Shown: in pieces, positions 39,001 through 47,649 of the stretch | Layout: each line of letters starts with the position of its first letter | How positions within the stretch are numbered: the stretch's first letter is position 1 | Origin: Candidatus Micrarchaeota archaeon | GTDB taxonomy: Archaea > B1Sed10-29 > JAJSAI01 | Assembly (NCBI GenBank): GCA_964625085.1 | Contig: CAZVAJ010000001.1 | Location: 32,001 to 96,000 of the forward strand | DNA length: 64,000 bases | Direction of reading: 5' to 3' | The notes under the pieces: model-generated | What the model saw: the letters and a program-made list of their open reading frames with translations, nothing else | Told to the model about the DNA's origin: nothing | The model's database searches: none | Made by a program: the position numbers and the translations under genes

Positions 39001-40814
39001 CTGAAAGCATAGACTTGATGAACGCAAGAATAGAAGGGCTCATGGTCAGAGGAGCTGCGGGAATCCTTAGAAAATGGGTTCAGGAAAACGGAGGGTTCAC
39101 CAAAGCCTCTGAAAAAATAGGCATCCCAAGATCCACTCTCTCAGATTACTGTTACAGGGACTCAGTCCCAGCAGAACTTCTGAAAACGCTTGGCTTGAAG
39201 GCGCCTGAAAACACAAGGGTTGGAGTGAAAAAAGATCATGTCACGCTTCCCAGGATCATCAGAGTAGACGAGCACTTGGCCAGGCTTCTCGGCTTCTACG
39301 CTGCAGAGGGCTACGCGCGGCACAGGGACAGAGAATACCAGACCGTCTTCTGCAACAAGAAACTAAAAGAAGGGGTCAAAAAAGAGCTGGAAAAGGCGCT
39401 TGGGATCCAGAAAACGTGGGAGAACGAATACGAGCTCGTGGTATCAAGCAGGATAATGTACGAGCTGTTCACGCGGGTCCTGGGCGCTGGAAAAAACGCC
39501 TACGAGAAGAGGGTTCCAAGCGTGCTTCTTGGGGCTAGAAAAGAGCTTGTCAAAGAGTTCCTCAGGGCCTACTTTGCTGGAGACGGGTGCATCTCCCGCG
39601 CAGGCAACAGATCGCCTGAAGTATCCTGCACCAGCGTCTCCAAGATGTTGCTGAGGGATATCGAATTTCTACTAGCGCGCTTCAGCATAGCCACAAGCTG
39701 GTACGGGGCAGAACGGACTTCAAAAGGAAACGGGGTTGTGGCGTCCTGGTACTCAGAAAGGGGAAGGATCCTAACGACAAAAGAGTACAAGCTGAGGATG
39801 TACTCTGAAAACGCCAAGAAGTTCGTGGAAGAAGTAGGATTCTGGGATCCTGACAAGAACGCTAAAGCGAGAAAAATCCTGAGCGAGGCCAGGATCAAGG
39901 GCTCGAAAGCGAGGGTGGTGGGAGAGTCTAAAATCGTGCGGGCGAAGGAGATTAGAATAACCGAGAACAAAGAACTTGCACCCTCGTACAACCTTACTGT
40001 TGAAGACCATCATAATGTAATAACTTCAGGAATCACAACCTTCCAATGTGACGGTGACGAAGACGCGTTCATGCTGTTACTTGACGCTCTCCTGAACTTC
40101 AGCAGAAGATACCTGCCAAGCTCAAGAGGCGGCACGATGGACGCGGCCATCGTGCTGACAACAAAAATAGACCCTGGAGAGGTGGACGATCAGGTTCACG
40201 AAATGGACATAGTTTCAGAGTATCCTCTTGACTACTACCAAGCAGCGTGCAACAACCTAAACCCTTCTGACGTGAACGTGGAGCTAGTCAAAGACAGGCT
40301 GGGAACAAAAGAACAGTACTATGGAATGAAGTACACCCATGATACTGATAGGGTTGATGAGGGTCCTGTAGAATCAGCGTACACGACCCTAAAAACAATG
40401 GCTGAAAAAGTTGAGAAGCAGCTTGAGCTAGGGGAAAAGATCTTGGCAGTTGATGAAAGGGACCTTGCCAGCAGGGTGATTAACTTTCACTTCATGCGTG
40501 ACATGATGGGAAACCTAAGAGCATTTGGCCAGCAGGCCGTTAGGTGTGTTGATTGTAACAAAGTGTACAGGAGAACACCTCTTGCAGGAAAGTGCGTAAA
40601 ATGCGGAGGGAGACTGGTACTGACAGTGAGCAAGGGAGGCATAGTAAAGTATCTTGAAGTCTCCAAAAACATTGCCAAAAAATACCACCTGTCCGACTAC
40701 CTGAAACAAAGGCTCATACTAATAGAAAATGATGTGAAAAGTTTCTTCGAGCTTGAAGAAATGGAAAAACGCGCAGAAGCAAAGAAACAGAAAAGCCTGG
40801 CTGAATTCGTGTAA
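36015..40814 (+). CDS. polC: DNA polymerase D large subunit DP2 containing an intein
   Basis: YAGPIRSAGGT, RYGRSR, RMGRPEK, RRD/CDGDED catalytic motif split by the intein, Zn fingers, C-terminal PIP-like QKSLAEFV. Confidence 0.97.
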   Translation: MMNTLLERTEWYWQHMQDKTEEAYKIAGAARATGKDVSTKVEIPPAADLAARVEGLVGPKGVAEKIRELLKENDRDTMTLRIIDLIVKGTFGKYETEEQLAEQCIRTGLAIITEAVPAAATEGISHTKILDNPDGTRCLSVYYAGPIRSAGGTAAALSVALADYTRRKMGLQEYRPSKEEVERYVEEIGLYHNLVSRLQYNPPEDDIRHIVSNCPVCVSGTPTSELEVSVYKNLQRMETNRIRGGMALVIAEGIAQKAAKLLKYSKKFELGWDWIEAIVKVTKKTGEKREIKPVTKYLSDIVGGRPIFAYPSQTGGLRIRYGRSRNTGLNAKGVNPATMYLTNEFMAIGTQLKLERPGKGCVTVPVSTVEGPTILLDNGDVVKVNTASKAMEVKDRVAEILFLGDILISHGDFLKSNHPLVKPGICEEWWQQICKERGIGVNDAWNVSSEKAVELARQGAPMHPKYTYFYNAVSSDDLLEMARWLSNGRITKMHGIAGEQSRVLEVEVSEEKRTLERIGVPHKLRGGKVIIEEAGPLIETLCLTHINDLSLQEENVLESLSKASGMEIMEKEGTFIGARMGRPEKAKPRKMNPPPNLLFPIGKNGGKTRTLLKAAEKGVISVEAVRLKCPKCGRETMSYYCHDCGVRTERVFTCTKCGKKGKSEKCPYCGEHAIPYAFLPYDLKKAVKDAENRLGERTPEKTKAVEGLINGEKIFEPIEKGILRAKHNVVVFRDGTIRFDATNLPLTHFKPREIGISVEKAREIGYTHDKDGKPLEDPDQVCEMFVQDMIIPAESAEYILSAAQFVDDLLEKFYGLPRYYNAEKPSDLVGHLVIALAPHISVGVLGRIIGFSRARGTYAHPYMHAACRRDCFSPEETLPVYDGKEWKIVQIGPFVESLLCRREPRKTEFGDWVLPVEGYYTLALNPKTREYELKRITAFSKHVPQDHMVEIVLSDNRKIRTTGTHKFPDPSFGRVRAHELEEALVPMKFNIPEKDPESIDLMNARIEGLMVRGAAGILRKWVQENGGFTKASEKIGIPRSTLSDYCYRDSVPAELLKTLGLKAPENTRVGVKKDHVTLPRIIRVDEHLARLLGFYAAEGYARHRDREYQTVFCNKKLKEGVKKELEKALGIQKTWENEYELVVSSRIMYELFTRVLGAGKNAYEKRVPSVLLGARKELVKEFLRAYFAGDGCISRAGNRSPEVSCTSVSKMLLRDIEFLLARFSIATSWYGAERTSKGNGVVASWYSERGRILTTKEYKLRMYSENAKKFVEEVGFWDPDKNAKARKILSEARIKGSKARVVGESKIVRAKEIRITENKELAPSYNLTVEDHHNVITSGITTFQCDGDEDAFMLLLDALLNFSRRYLPSSRGGTMDAAIVLTTKIDPGEVDDQVHEMDIVSEYPLDYYQAACNNLNPSDVNVELVKDRLGTKEQYYGMKYTHDTDRVDEGPVESAYTTLKTMAEKVEKQLELGEKILAVDERDLASRVINFHFMRDMMGNLRAFGQQAVRCVDCNKVYRRTPLAGKCVKCGGRLVLTVSKGGIVKYLEVSKNIAKKYHLSDYLKQRLILIENDVKSFFELEEMEKRAEAKKQKSLAEFV
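38625..40046 (+). mobile_element. Intein (474 aa) with LAGLIDADG homing endonuclease in DP2
   Basis: N-terminal CFSPEE, TGTH block B, LLGFYAAEG and FLRAYFAGDG, YNLTVE block F, C-terminal TFQ followed by extein Cys. Confidence 0.95.
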
Positions 40815-40825
40815 CAGCTAATAAA

Positions 40826-41584
40826 CTAGAATCCTCCGCCGAGAAGCAGGTATATCAAAACAGCGAGCATTAAAAATATCATGGCCCACCTGAACCATGG
40901 CTTTGAAAGAATGCCTTTACCTTCTCCTTTTTTGGAGGCGGTCTTGCCAAGCACGCTGAACGTTTTCTTCAAAAGAACTGCCCAGCCCTTGGGGCTCTTC
41001 ATCAGGTCAACGGTCTCTTTTAGCATGTCCTTCCATGTCTTCTCCTTGATGGGAATCTCTGACTCGTTCAGGATAACCCCGCTGAACCCGTCAACGTCAA
41101 GCTTGTAGAATCCTGCAGGCATGGAAACGAAAACTCTCCAAACTGGCCAGTAGATTATCCTGAACCCGCTTGTCTTAACGCTTTCTTCACCAACTCCGAA
41201 CTTGCCTGCAAGCCTTCTTGCAGCAGTCTCCTTTGCTTCGTCTGCTTTTATGGCTGGAGGAACTGCAATAAACTTTAAATCATGTGAAACTTTCTTCTCA
41301 AAAGAAACAGGCTGCCGGTCAAGAAGTTCTGTTATCATAGGCTGTAGTTTTCCTGAAGACGCATCCATAGCCATGGTTCCCGAAAACCCTTGGGAAAACG
41401 TTTGGCCTTGAAGCTCTTGCTCTACAAGAACATCATAATTGAAAACATAAAAAGGAAGATAATACAGCTTAAGGCTGCTTATCTCAAAGTCTGTCCACCT
41501 CTTGCTCCTCAGGCTCTTGTCAACGGTTTCCACAACATCGTCAACAAGGTACCTGAGGACAAGGGCTGGCTTGTCAAGGATCAA
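40826..41584 (-). CDS. Hypothetical protein with C-terminal TM helix, downstream of sepF
   Basis: Internal repeat LYYLPFYVF / IIYWPVWRV; C-terminal hydrophobic helix. Confidence 0.75.
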   Translation of the reverse strand: MILDKPALVLRYLVDDVVETVDKSLRSKRWTDFEISSLKLYYLPFYVFNYDVLVEQELQGQTFSQGFSGTMAMDASSGKLQPMITELLDRQPVSFEKKVSHDLKFIAVPPAIKADEAKETAARRLAGKFGVGEESVKTSGFRIIYWPVWRVFVSMPAGFYKLDVDGFSGVILNESEIPIKEKTWKDMLKETVDLMKSPKGWAVLLKKTFSVLGKTASKKGEGKGILSKPWFRWAMIFLMLAVLIYLLLGGGF

Positions 41585-41590
41585 GCCCTA

Positions 41591-41941
41591 TCACTTTTTG
41601 GATATTTTTATCCTGCTCGGGGTCAAAAGGACCTTCTCTTCAGTTATCCTTGCTATATCCCCGTCCATTTCTAAAACTGCTCCTTTAAGCTCTGAGATCG
41701 CTTGCTTTAGCTTTACTGTGTTCTTTTTGTACAATGGGCTGATGTTAAGAAGGATTATATTTCCTCTCCTGAGCTCGGATGTAATATCCTCAACATCACC
41801 TACAGATTCCAGAGTCAGGGGCTTTACCCACATATCAGCATGCTCTTCAAGAAGATCCTCTTCTTCAAGCGCAAGATTGTCCAAATAGTCTTCTATGTCA
41901 ACACTTTTGTTTGATTTTAGCTTACCCAACAGTGCAGGCAT
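41591..41941 (-). CDS. sepF: Cell division protein SepF
   Basis: EL..GNII.LNI.P, LK......GDIA.....VL.TP..I.I. Confidence 0.9.
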   Translation of the reverse strand: MPALLGKLKSNKSVDIEDYLDNLALEEEDLLEEHADMWVKPLTLESVGDVEDITSELRRGNIILLNISPLYKKNTVKLKQAISELKGAVLEMDGDIARITEEKVLLTPSRIKISKK

Positions 41942-42064
41942 TGCATTACCTCCAGCTATTTTATTAGTTATTTTTTAGTCACAGTAGTTTAAAACACTTA
42001 CCATAAAAAACGTTTTTATACTAGTAGTCTTATAATTCCTGTAACCTTTTTTTGGTGGGGGAAA

Positions 42065-43276
42065 ATGGATATAGAGGACCTGTTTGAAAAAGAAATGCAG
42101 AAAGACACCGTCTTTCTGGACCGGAACGTTCTAAGCCCCCATTTTGTTCCAGAAACGCTTCCCCACAGAGACAAACAAATACAAGAGCTCATGCAAAAGC
42201 TGGCTCCCTCGCTTTCGGGAAAAACAATAAGCAACATTTTCTTGTACGGAAAAACAGGCACTGGAAAAACAGTGTCCACAAAGCATGTTATCGACAAGCT
42301 AATGGCCGTGAAAAAAAAGTACGGTGCCAGCGTAGAATGCGTTTACACCAACTGCAGAATCCTTAACACAAAATACCAGGTGATGCTTAAGGTAGCAGAA
42401 TACTGCCATCCTGATGAATCGTTTCTCGGGTTCCCTTTCTCGCACCTGTTCCAAAAAATAGTGGACTACGTGCAGTCTAACTCTTTGGGCCTTATACTGG
42501 TGCTTGATGAAGTTGACAAAGTAAAAAACCTGGATGACTTGGTTTACACAATAACCCGGGCCAATGACGAGCTTGCGGCCGGCGGGATAAGCATGATAGG
42601 CATTTCTAACAACATAGCGTTCAAGGAATCGCTTGACCCGCGGAGTAAAAGCGCTCTTTCAGAAGACGAGATAGTCTTCCCGCCGTACAACGCAGAAGAG
42701 CTAAAAGATATTTTGGAACAGAGGGTAAAACTTGGTTTCAAGCAGGGAACGATTGACGAGTCAAGCATAAACTATGCCAGCGCGCTCGCGGCCAATGAAT
42801 CAGGAGACGCCAGGTATGCCCTCAGGCTATTGTTCAAAGCCGGTGAAATAGCAGACCTGGAAGGAGCAAAAAAAGTGACTGACAAACACGTTGAACTCGC
42901 AAGAAAAGGGGTTGAGAACGAGATAGTGTACAGTGTTGTGAAAACACTTCCAGAACACCAAAAAATCCTTCTTCATGCAATAGCCCAACTTTCTAAAGAA
43001 GGAGGACACTACGCGAGGCTTGATGGCACAACAGCAGAAAACGTGCTGTTCACAGGAGAAGTATACGACAGGTACAACAAGATCTGCAGGGTTCTTGGAA
43101 AAGAGCCCAGGACCGCGAGATGGTGCAAAGAGTACATGAACGAGCTTGAAATGCTTGGGCTCATTACCACCACCATTTCAGGAAAGGGAGTTAGAGGCAA
43201 CACAACCTTGATACGGTTAGCTTATCCTGCACAGAACATCATAGACCTAATGAAAAAACAGTTTGGAGGAGAATAG
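42065..43276 (+). CDS. cdc6: Orc1/Cdc6 replication initiator
   Basis: L.P...P..LPHR, YGKTGTGKT, LDEVD, LDPRSKS, FPPY, GDAR.A, winged helix with GKG.RG. Confidence 0.96.
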   Translation: MDIEDLFEKEMQKDTVFLDRNVLSPHFVPETLPHRDKQIQELMQKLAPSLSGKTISNIFLYGKTGTGKTVSTKHVIDKLMAVKKKYGASVECVYTNCRILNTKYQVMLKVAEYCHPDESFLGFPFSHLFQKIVDYVQSNSLGLILVLDEVDKVKNLDDLVYTITRANDELAAGGISMIGISNNIAFKESLDPRSKSALSEDEIVFPPYNAEELKDILEQRVKLGFKQGTIDESSINYASALAANESGDARYALRLLFKAGEIADLEGAKKVTDKHVELARKGVENEIVYSVVKTLPEHQKILLHAIAQLSKEGGHYARLDGTTAENVLFTGEVYDRYNKICRVLGKEPRTARWCKEYMNELEMLGLITTTISGKGVRGNTTLIRLAYPAQNIIDLMKKQFGGE

Positions 43277-43277
43277 A

Positions 43278-44285
43278 ATGAACATACGGGACGAAGTGTA
43301 CGGGGAACAAACTATACAAGACAAGACATTGATAAGGCTTATAACTTCGCCCCCAATACAGCGCCTCAAGGGAATAAACCAGCACGGGATTCCTGAACAA
43401 TACTTTTCGTGCAGAAGAGTTACACGGTACGATCACTCTGTGGGCGTAATGCTCTTGTTAAGAAAGCTTGGGGCAAGCAATGAAGCGCAGATTGCAGGTT
43501 TGCTACACGATGTGTCGCACACAGCGTTCTCTCATATCACAGACTACGTGTTCGGGAGGAACAGAAAAGAAGACTTTCACGAAAAAATCAAGGAACACAT
43601 GTTTGAGCAGCTTGGCCTGAACGAAATAATTGAACAAGAAGGCATAACAAAAAAAGTGCTTGAACCAGAACAGTATCCTCTCCTAGACAGTCCTGCGCCA
43701 AAACTCTGTGCAGACAGGGTTGACTATGCGCTGCGGGATCACGGAAAATTCAGGAATGACGGGAGCCCGCAGAGGCTGGTTAGAGAGCTCTTTGCAGAAG
43801 ACGGAGAGATCGTTTTCAAAAGCGCTTCATCAGCAATGGAGTTTGCAATGAACTACCACGAATGTCAGGTTGGCTTATGGGCGCACCATGATACAGCGTA
43901 CAAGTACTACCTGTTCTCGCGGGCCATCAAGCTCATGCTTCTCGAAGGCGAGCTTGAAAAAGAAGAGCTACTGCTCGGAAAAGATGAAAACGTGCTCGCG
44001 AAAATGGAGAAAACAGAGAACTCGGACGTGAAAATAATAATGTCCGCGCTTAACACGCTAGAGTACACTCGCAACACCGACAGCCCGCACGTAGTATTCA
44101 AGAAAAAGTTCAGATGGGTAGACCCCGCATACAAAGACCGCGGCAGACTCAGGAGGGTGACTGAAGAATTCCCAGAATACGCAGAAATGCTGGACCAAGC
44201 GAGAAAAGATAACCAAACAAAGATAGAGCTCACGAACACAAACGTTGTAAGAATTCTTGAAGAGAACGGCATACTGCCCCTGTGA
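43278..44285 (+). CDS. HD-domain phosphohydrolase (dNTPase/SAMHD1-like core)
   Basis: QRL.GI.Q.G, TR.DHS.GV, LLHDVSH..FSH, HE, DR.DY. Confidence 0.88.
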   Translation: MNIRDEVYGEQTIQDKTLIRLITSPPIQRLKGINQHGIPEQYFSCRRVTRYDHSVGVMLLLRKLGASNEAQIAGLLHDVSHTAFSHITDYVFGRNRKEDFHEKIKEHMFEQLGLNEIIEQEGITKKVLEPEQYPLLDSPAPKLCADRVDYALRDHGKFRNDGSPQRLVRELFAEDGEIVFKSASSAMEFAMNYHECQVGLWAHHDTAYKYYLFSRAIKLMLLEGELEKEELLLGKDENVLAKMEKTENSDVKIIMSALNTLEYTRNTDSPHVVFKKKFRWVDPAYKDRGRLRRVTEEFPEYAEMLDQARKDNQTKIELTNTNVVRILEENGILPL

Positions 44286-44288
44286 AGA

Positions 44289-46349
44289 TCATTTAACCTG
44301 TTCAATGACTTTTTCAGCAGTCTTTTTCCCGAGCAGTCTTTCCAGTTCTGGTGCTGGAATCTTTTTCAGGTCAGAAAGTTTTCTGGCTCCCGCATTCCAC
44401 AGGATTCTTGCCCTAACCCTTCCAACGTGCTTGAGCATTACCAGTGGCACCAGTTCTTTTCTTATTCCGTGCTTTACTCTTTTTCTAAGGATTGATATCT
44501 CTTTGTTCCGGTCCGTCCTGTCTATTATTCGGGCCAGTTCTGCTGCAGAGTACAGAATCCAGTCCGCGTTAGACAGGAAAGAGTACAGCACTCCTGGAGG
44601 AATATTGTAGTCGTTCATTATGGTCTGCTCTGACTTTTCTTCAATCCAGTCACGCAGCATGCTCGCGAGCTTAAACTTGTTCAGGTAAAAGTAATCGAAA
44701 TGGAACCCGTCCACGGTCTTGAAAAGCCCTTGTTCTGATGCCGCGCGCTCGAAGAGAGCGATCTCATCTTTTCTGGAAACAGACAGCCAAGGACGCATTT
44801 CTGTCGTGTCAGCAGCCATTAACAAGTAGCCCAGATCGCTTGCACGTTTTTCAGAGGATATGCAGTCCAGCATGTTCTTTGCAGACTTAGGATCAAGATA
44901 AAGCTCATTGACCCTCATGCCCAGCCTTGTCGGGACGTATCTGCCTGATTCATTTTTCACAAAACCGTCTGACTCCAGCTCGCCTAAAACACTCTGAATA
45001 ACAGGGTCCAAGGACTCTGCTCCTGCAAGATACGCGTAAAAGGTTTTGGAAAAGTACTCTTTTATCTCGCGAACACTGGTTATCAGGCTGCACGTGCACG
45101 CGAGCACGTGCGTTCGGAGCACTGCAAGGTCACCCATCCTGGAATCCACTCTTTCAGGCACGCCCTGAACATACCTCTCGATTATCATGTTTTTTTCCGC
45201 GCTTGACCTTGCTATTGTCACTGCTTCCCCAAGGGTGTCATATTTTATTCGGCCTGCCCGGCCAACTTTTTGCTTGTATTCTCTGACTGTCATCAGGCTA
45301 GGGCCGTCGCGGTATACGTGCACAGAAGGGATTATAACATAGTGGGCTGGAAGGTTCACTCCTGCTGCAACAGTGGGAGTAGAACACATTACCCTTATGA
45401 GCCCGCGCCTGAACGCCTCTTCCACAAGCTTCCTCTGTTTCTGAACAAGCCCTGCATGATGAAAAGCCACCCCCCTCCTGACCGCTTCTGCAAGTTTCCT
45501 GCACTGTTCTGTAGGAGATTCAAGAACATTCCCCACTTTTTCAGAAACCTCTGCCAGTTCAGGAGAATCTGCCTGAACCAGTAACGAAATCTTTTTGGCC
45601 AATGATTCCGCGTTACGGCGTGTGTTCGCGAAAACAAGGGCCTGCTGACCCTTGCTGAGAGAATGCTTCACAAGCGATAGGACAGAGTCAGGCGCTTTTT
45701 CGCGAACTTCTTCCTTTTCTGTTATATAGTCTATCACAGAATCGTGGTACACTCCTTCCTTGAGCGGGACAGCCCGGTAATCTGAAAGCACTAGAGGGGC
45801 TGATAGCCAGTCCGCGAGCTCGAACGCGTTAGGTATCGTAGCACTCAATGCTATCACCCTTGCCCCTGGCAAGGAATGCAAAAAACGTGTAATCACTGCT
45901 TCAAGCGTGGGCCCGCGGTCAGAGTCTATTTCGTGAACCTCGTCCACAATAAGCAGTCCTATGTCAGGCACCCATGGGCTTCTGTGCCTGAGAAGAGAAT
46001 CAAACTTTTCATAAGAACAGCTGATTACATCATAATTTTTCAGGTAAGTGTCCTGGCTATCGTAATCACCTATGCTAAGCGCGGTATTCTCGTGCACCTT
46101 TCTAAAGGTCTCGTAGTGCTCGGTTGCAAGGGCTTTTAAGGGTGAGATTATCACAACCTTTTTTCCTGCAGAAACAGTATGCAAAGCAGCCATCTCAGCA
46201 CACAATGTCTTGCCAGAACCAGTGGGCGCGGATATCACAAGATTCGTTTGCCTGAAAAGCCCTTTTGTTATCGCTTCTTCCTGAACAGGGTTCAGCCGGC
46301 TTATTGAATGCGTTTGCAGGACCCTGCGCACTATACCTTCATTGTCCAT
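44289..46349 (-). CDS. hel308: Hel308/Ski2-like SF2 helicase
   Basis: PTGSGKT, DEVH, LSAT, FHHAGL, GVNLPA, GRAGR, HhH tail; start at ATG 46349. Confidence 0.93.
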   Translation of the reverse strand: MDNEGIVRRVLQTHSISRLNPVQEEAITKGLFRQTNLVISAPTGSGKTLCAEMAALHTVSAGKKVVIISPLKALATEHYETFRKVHENTALSIGDYDSQDTYLKNYDVISCSYEKFDSLLRHRSPWVPDIGLLIVDEVHEIDSDRGPTLEAVITRFLHSLPGARVIALSATIPNAFELADWLSAPLVLSDYRAVPLKEGVYHDSVIDYITEKEEVREKAPDSVLSLVKHSLSKGQQALVFANTRRNAESLAKKISLLVQADSPELAEVSEKVGNVLESPTEQCRKLAEAVRRGVAFHHAGLVQKQRKLVEEAFRRGLIRVMCSTPTVAAGVNLPAHYVIIPSVHVYRDGPSLMTVREYKQKVGRAGRIKYDTLGEAVTIARSSAEKNMIIERYVQGVPERVDSRMGDLAVLRTHVLACTCSLITSVREIKEYFSKTFYAYLAGAESLDPVIQSVLGELESDGFVKNESGRYVPTRLGMRVNELYLDPKSAKNMLDCISSEKRASDLGYLLMAADTTEMRPWLSVSRKDEIALFERAASEQGLFKTVDGFHFDYFYLNKFKLASMLRDWIEEKSEQTIMNDYNIPPGVLYSFLSNADWILYSAAELARIIDRTDRNKEISILRKRVKHGIRKELVPLVMLKHVGRVRARILWNAGARKLSDLKKIPAPELERLLGKKTAEKVIEQVK

Positions 46350-46404
46350 CCCTTGTTTTTCAGACCTGGAAACTAATAAAAACAACTGATTTGTTTTAGT
46401 TAAC

Positions 46405-46593
46405 ATGATACTCTGGATCGTGAGCTGGCTTATCAGCATGGTACTCCTTACAGTGCTCGTGGGAATAGCAGATGAACTGCATGAAGACATGATAGAAAAA
46501 AGTCAAGCTAGAGGGGCCTTCGTGGTATTTGTCTTGCCAACACTGCTTGAAATAACAGCATACCTTGCAAAAGGATCACCCCTCTGGTTCTAG
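46405..46593 (+). CDS. Small two-TM hypothetical protein
   Basis: 62 aa with two hydrophobic segments; fills an intergenic gap. Confidence 0.55.
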   Translation: MILWIVSWLISMVLLTVLVGIADELHEDMIEKSQARGAFVVFVLPTLLEITAYLAKGSPLWF

Positions 46594-46602
46594 GCTCACT
46601 TT

Positions 46603-47229
46603 TCACACAATCCTGCTGGAAAAATGCAGTAGTCTGCTCAGGACTTTTTCCTGTTGTTCTGCCTGAGCCCTCTCTTTTTTGAGTTTTGAGATCCGGGTTA
46701 CTATGACATCATTCCTAAACCTGCTGTTCTTTTCAACTGTCTCACGTATTGATCCTCTGGACCTGCCGATCAGGGATGTTCTTGCTTCAACAAGCCTCTC
46801 CCGATACTCTGGATTGTTAACAAACATTTCAACCATGCGGCGGTGCTTTGCGTCAGAAGCAGCTTCTATGGGCATTTCAACGGTCTCGTAAGCCTTGCGG
46901 TATTCTGAGTCTGAAACAAGTTTTATCCTGTGCTTCCAGTACACTGGGTCCAACAGCACCTTTACCTTCTTCGCTGCATTACCCTCTTTTTTCCTGCTAA
47001 GGCTGCGGATCTCCGAGTCCAGTTTCTTTTTCCTGTTCCTCGCTTCCTCAAGCTGCTGCTTGAGTCTTGCTTTACTAGGGTAAACTATCTTCAAAGGGTT
47101 AACGCTCTCAAGCTTGATCACACCCCCGTTGGAAACATACGCTTCTATAGCATCAAGAGTCTCCTGGTCAAGCGAAGCATTCTTGAACACTCTTTCGTAC
47201 TCCCTTTTACTGCCGATTACTATCATCAC
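46603..47229 (-). CDS. Hypothetical basic coiled-coil protein
   Basis: 208-aa ORF with two heptad-like regions; family not recognised. Confidence 0.7.
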   Translation of the reverse strand: MMIVIGSKREYERVFKNASLDQETLDAIEAYVSNGGVIKLESVNPLKIVYPSKARLKQQLEEARNRKKKLDSEIRSLSRKKEGNAAKKVKVLLDPVYWKHRIKLVSDSEYRKAYETVEMPIEAASDAKHRRMVEMFVNNPEYRERLVEARTSLIGRSRGSIRETVEKNSRFRNDVIVTRISKLKKERAQAEQQEKVLSRLLHFSSRIV

Positions 47230-47299
47230 TTTTGAAAGGCAATAGCAGGTTAAAAACCTAACGACACTGTTTTAAAAGAATGGCGCGTGAAAATGAATC

Positions 47300-47629
47300 A
47301 TGATGGGAATGAACCCTAAGATGATGGAACGGATGATGCGGCAGATGGGAATAAAACAGACTGCCGTGCCCGCTGAAGAGGTCATAATACGGGCTGGAGA
47401 AAAACAGATCAGGATACTGGACCCGCAGGTCATTCTTGTAGAAGCACAGGGACAAAAAACCTGGCAGGTATCAGGAAAAGCAGTAGAGGAGACAGTAAAA
47501 GAACAGACTTTTTCAGAAGAAGACGTGAAGATGGTCATGGAAAAAACAGGCAAATCAATGGAAGAAGCTGAAAAAGCTCTGGAAGAGTCTGGCGGAGACA
47601 TCGCAGACGCAATACTCAAGCTCAGCTGA
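47300..47629 (+). CDS. nac: Nascent polypeptide-associated complex protein
   Basis: MNP..M..MM.QMG, AEEVII, C-terminal UBA-like EDV..VM...G...GDIA.AI. Confidence 0.95.
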   Translation: MMGMNPKMMERMMRQMGIKQTAVPAEEVIIRAGEKQIRILDPQVILVEAQGQKTWQVSGKAVEETVKEQTFSEEDVKMVMEKTGKSMEEAEKALEESGGDIADAILKLS

Positions 47630-47649
47630 GGATGGGACAAAAACCCTGT

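Noticed and set aside
41942..42064. Replication origin upstream of cdc6
   Set aside because: AT-rich but short, with no clear repeated ORB (TTCCAGTGGAAA-type) motifs; two divergent promoters explain it.
46350..46490. N-terminal extension of Hel308
   Set aside because: Low-complexity and antisense to the small ORF at 46405; helicase similarity begins near ATG 46349.
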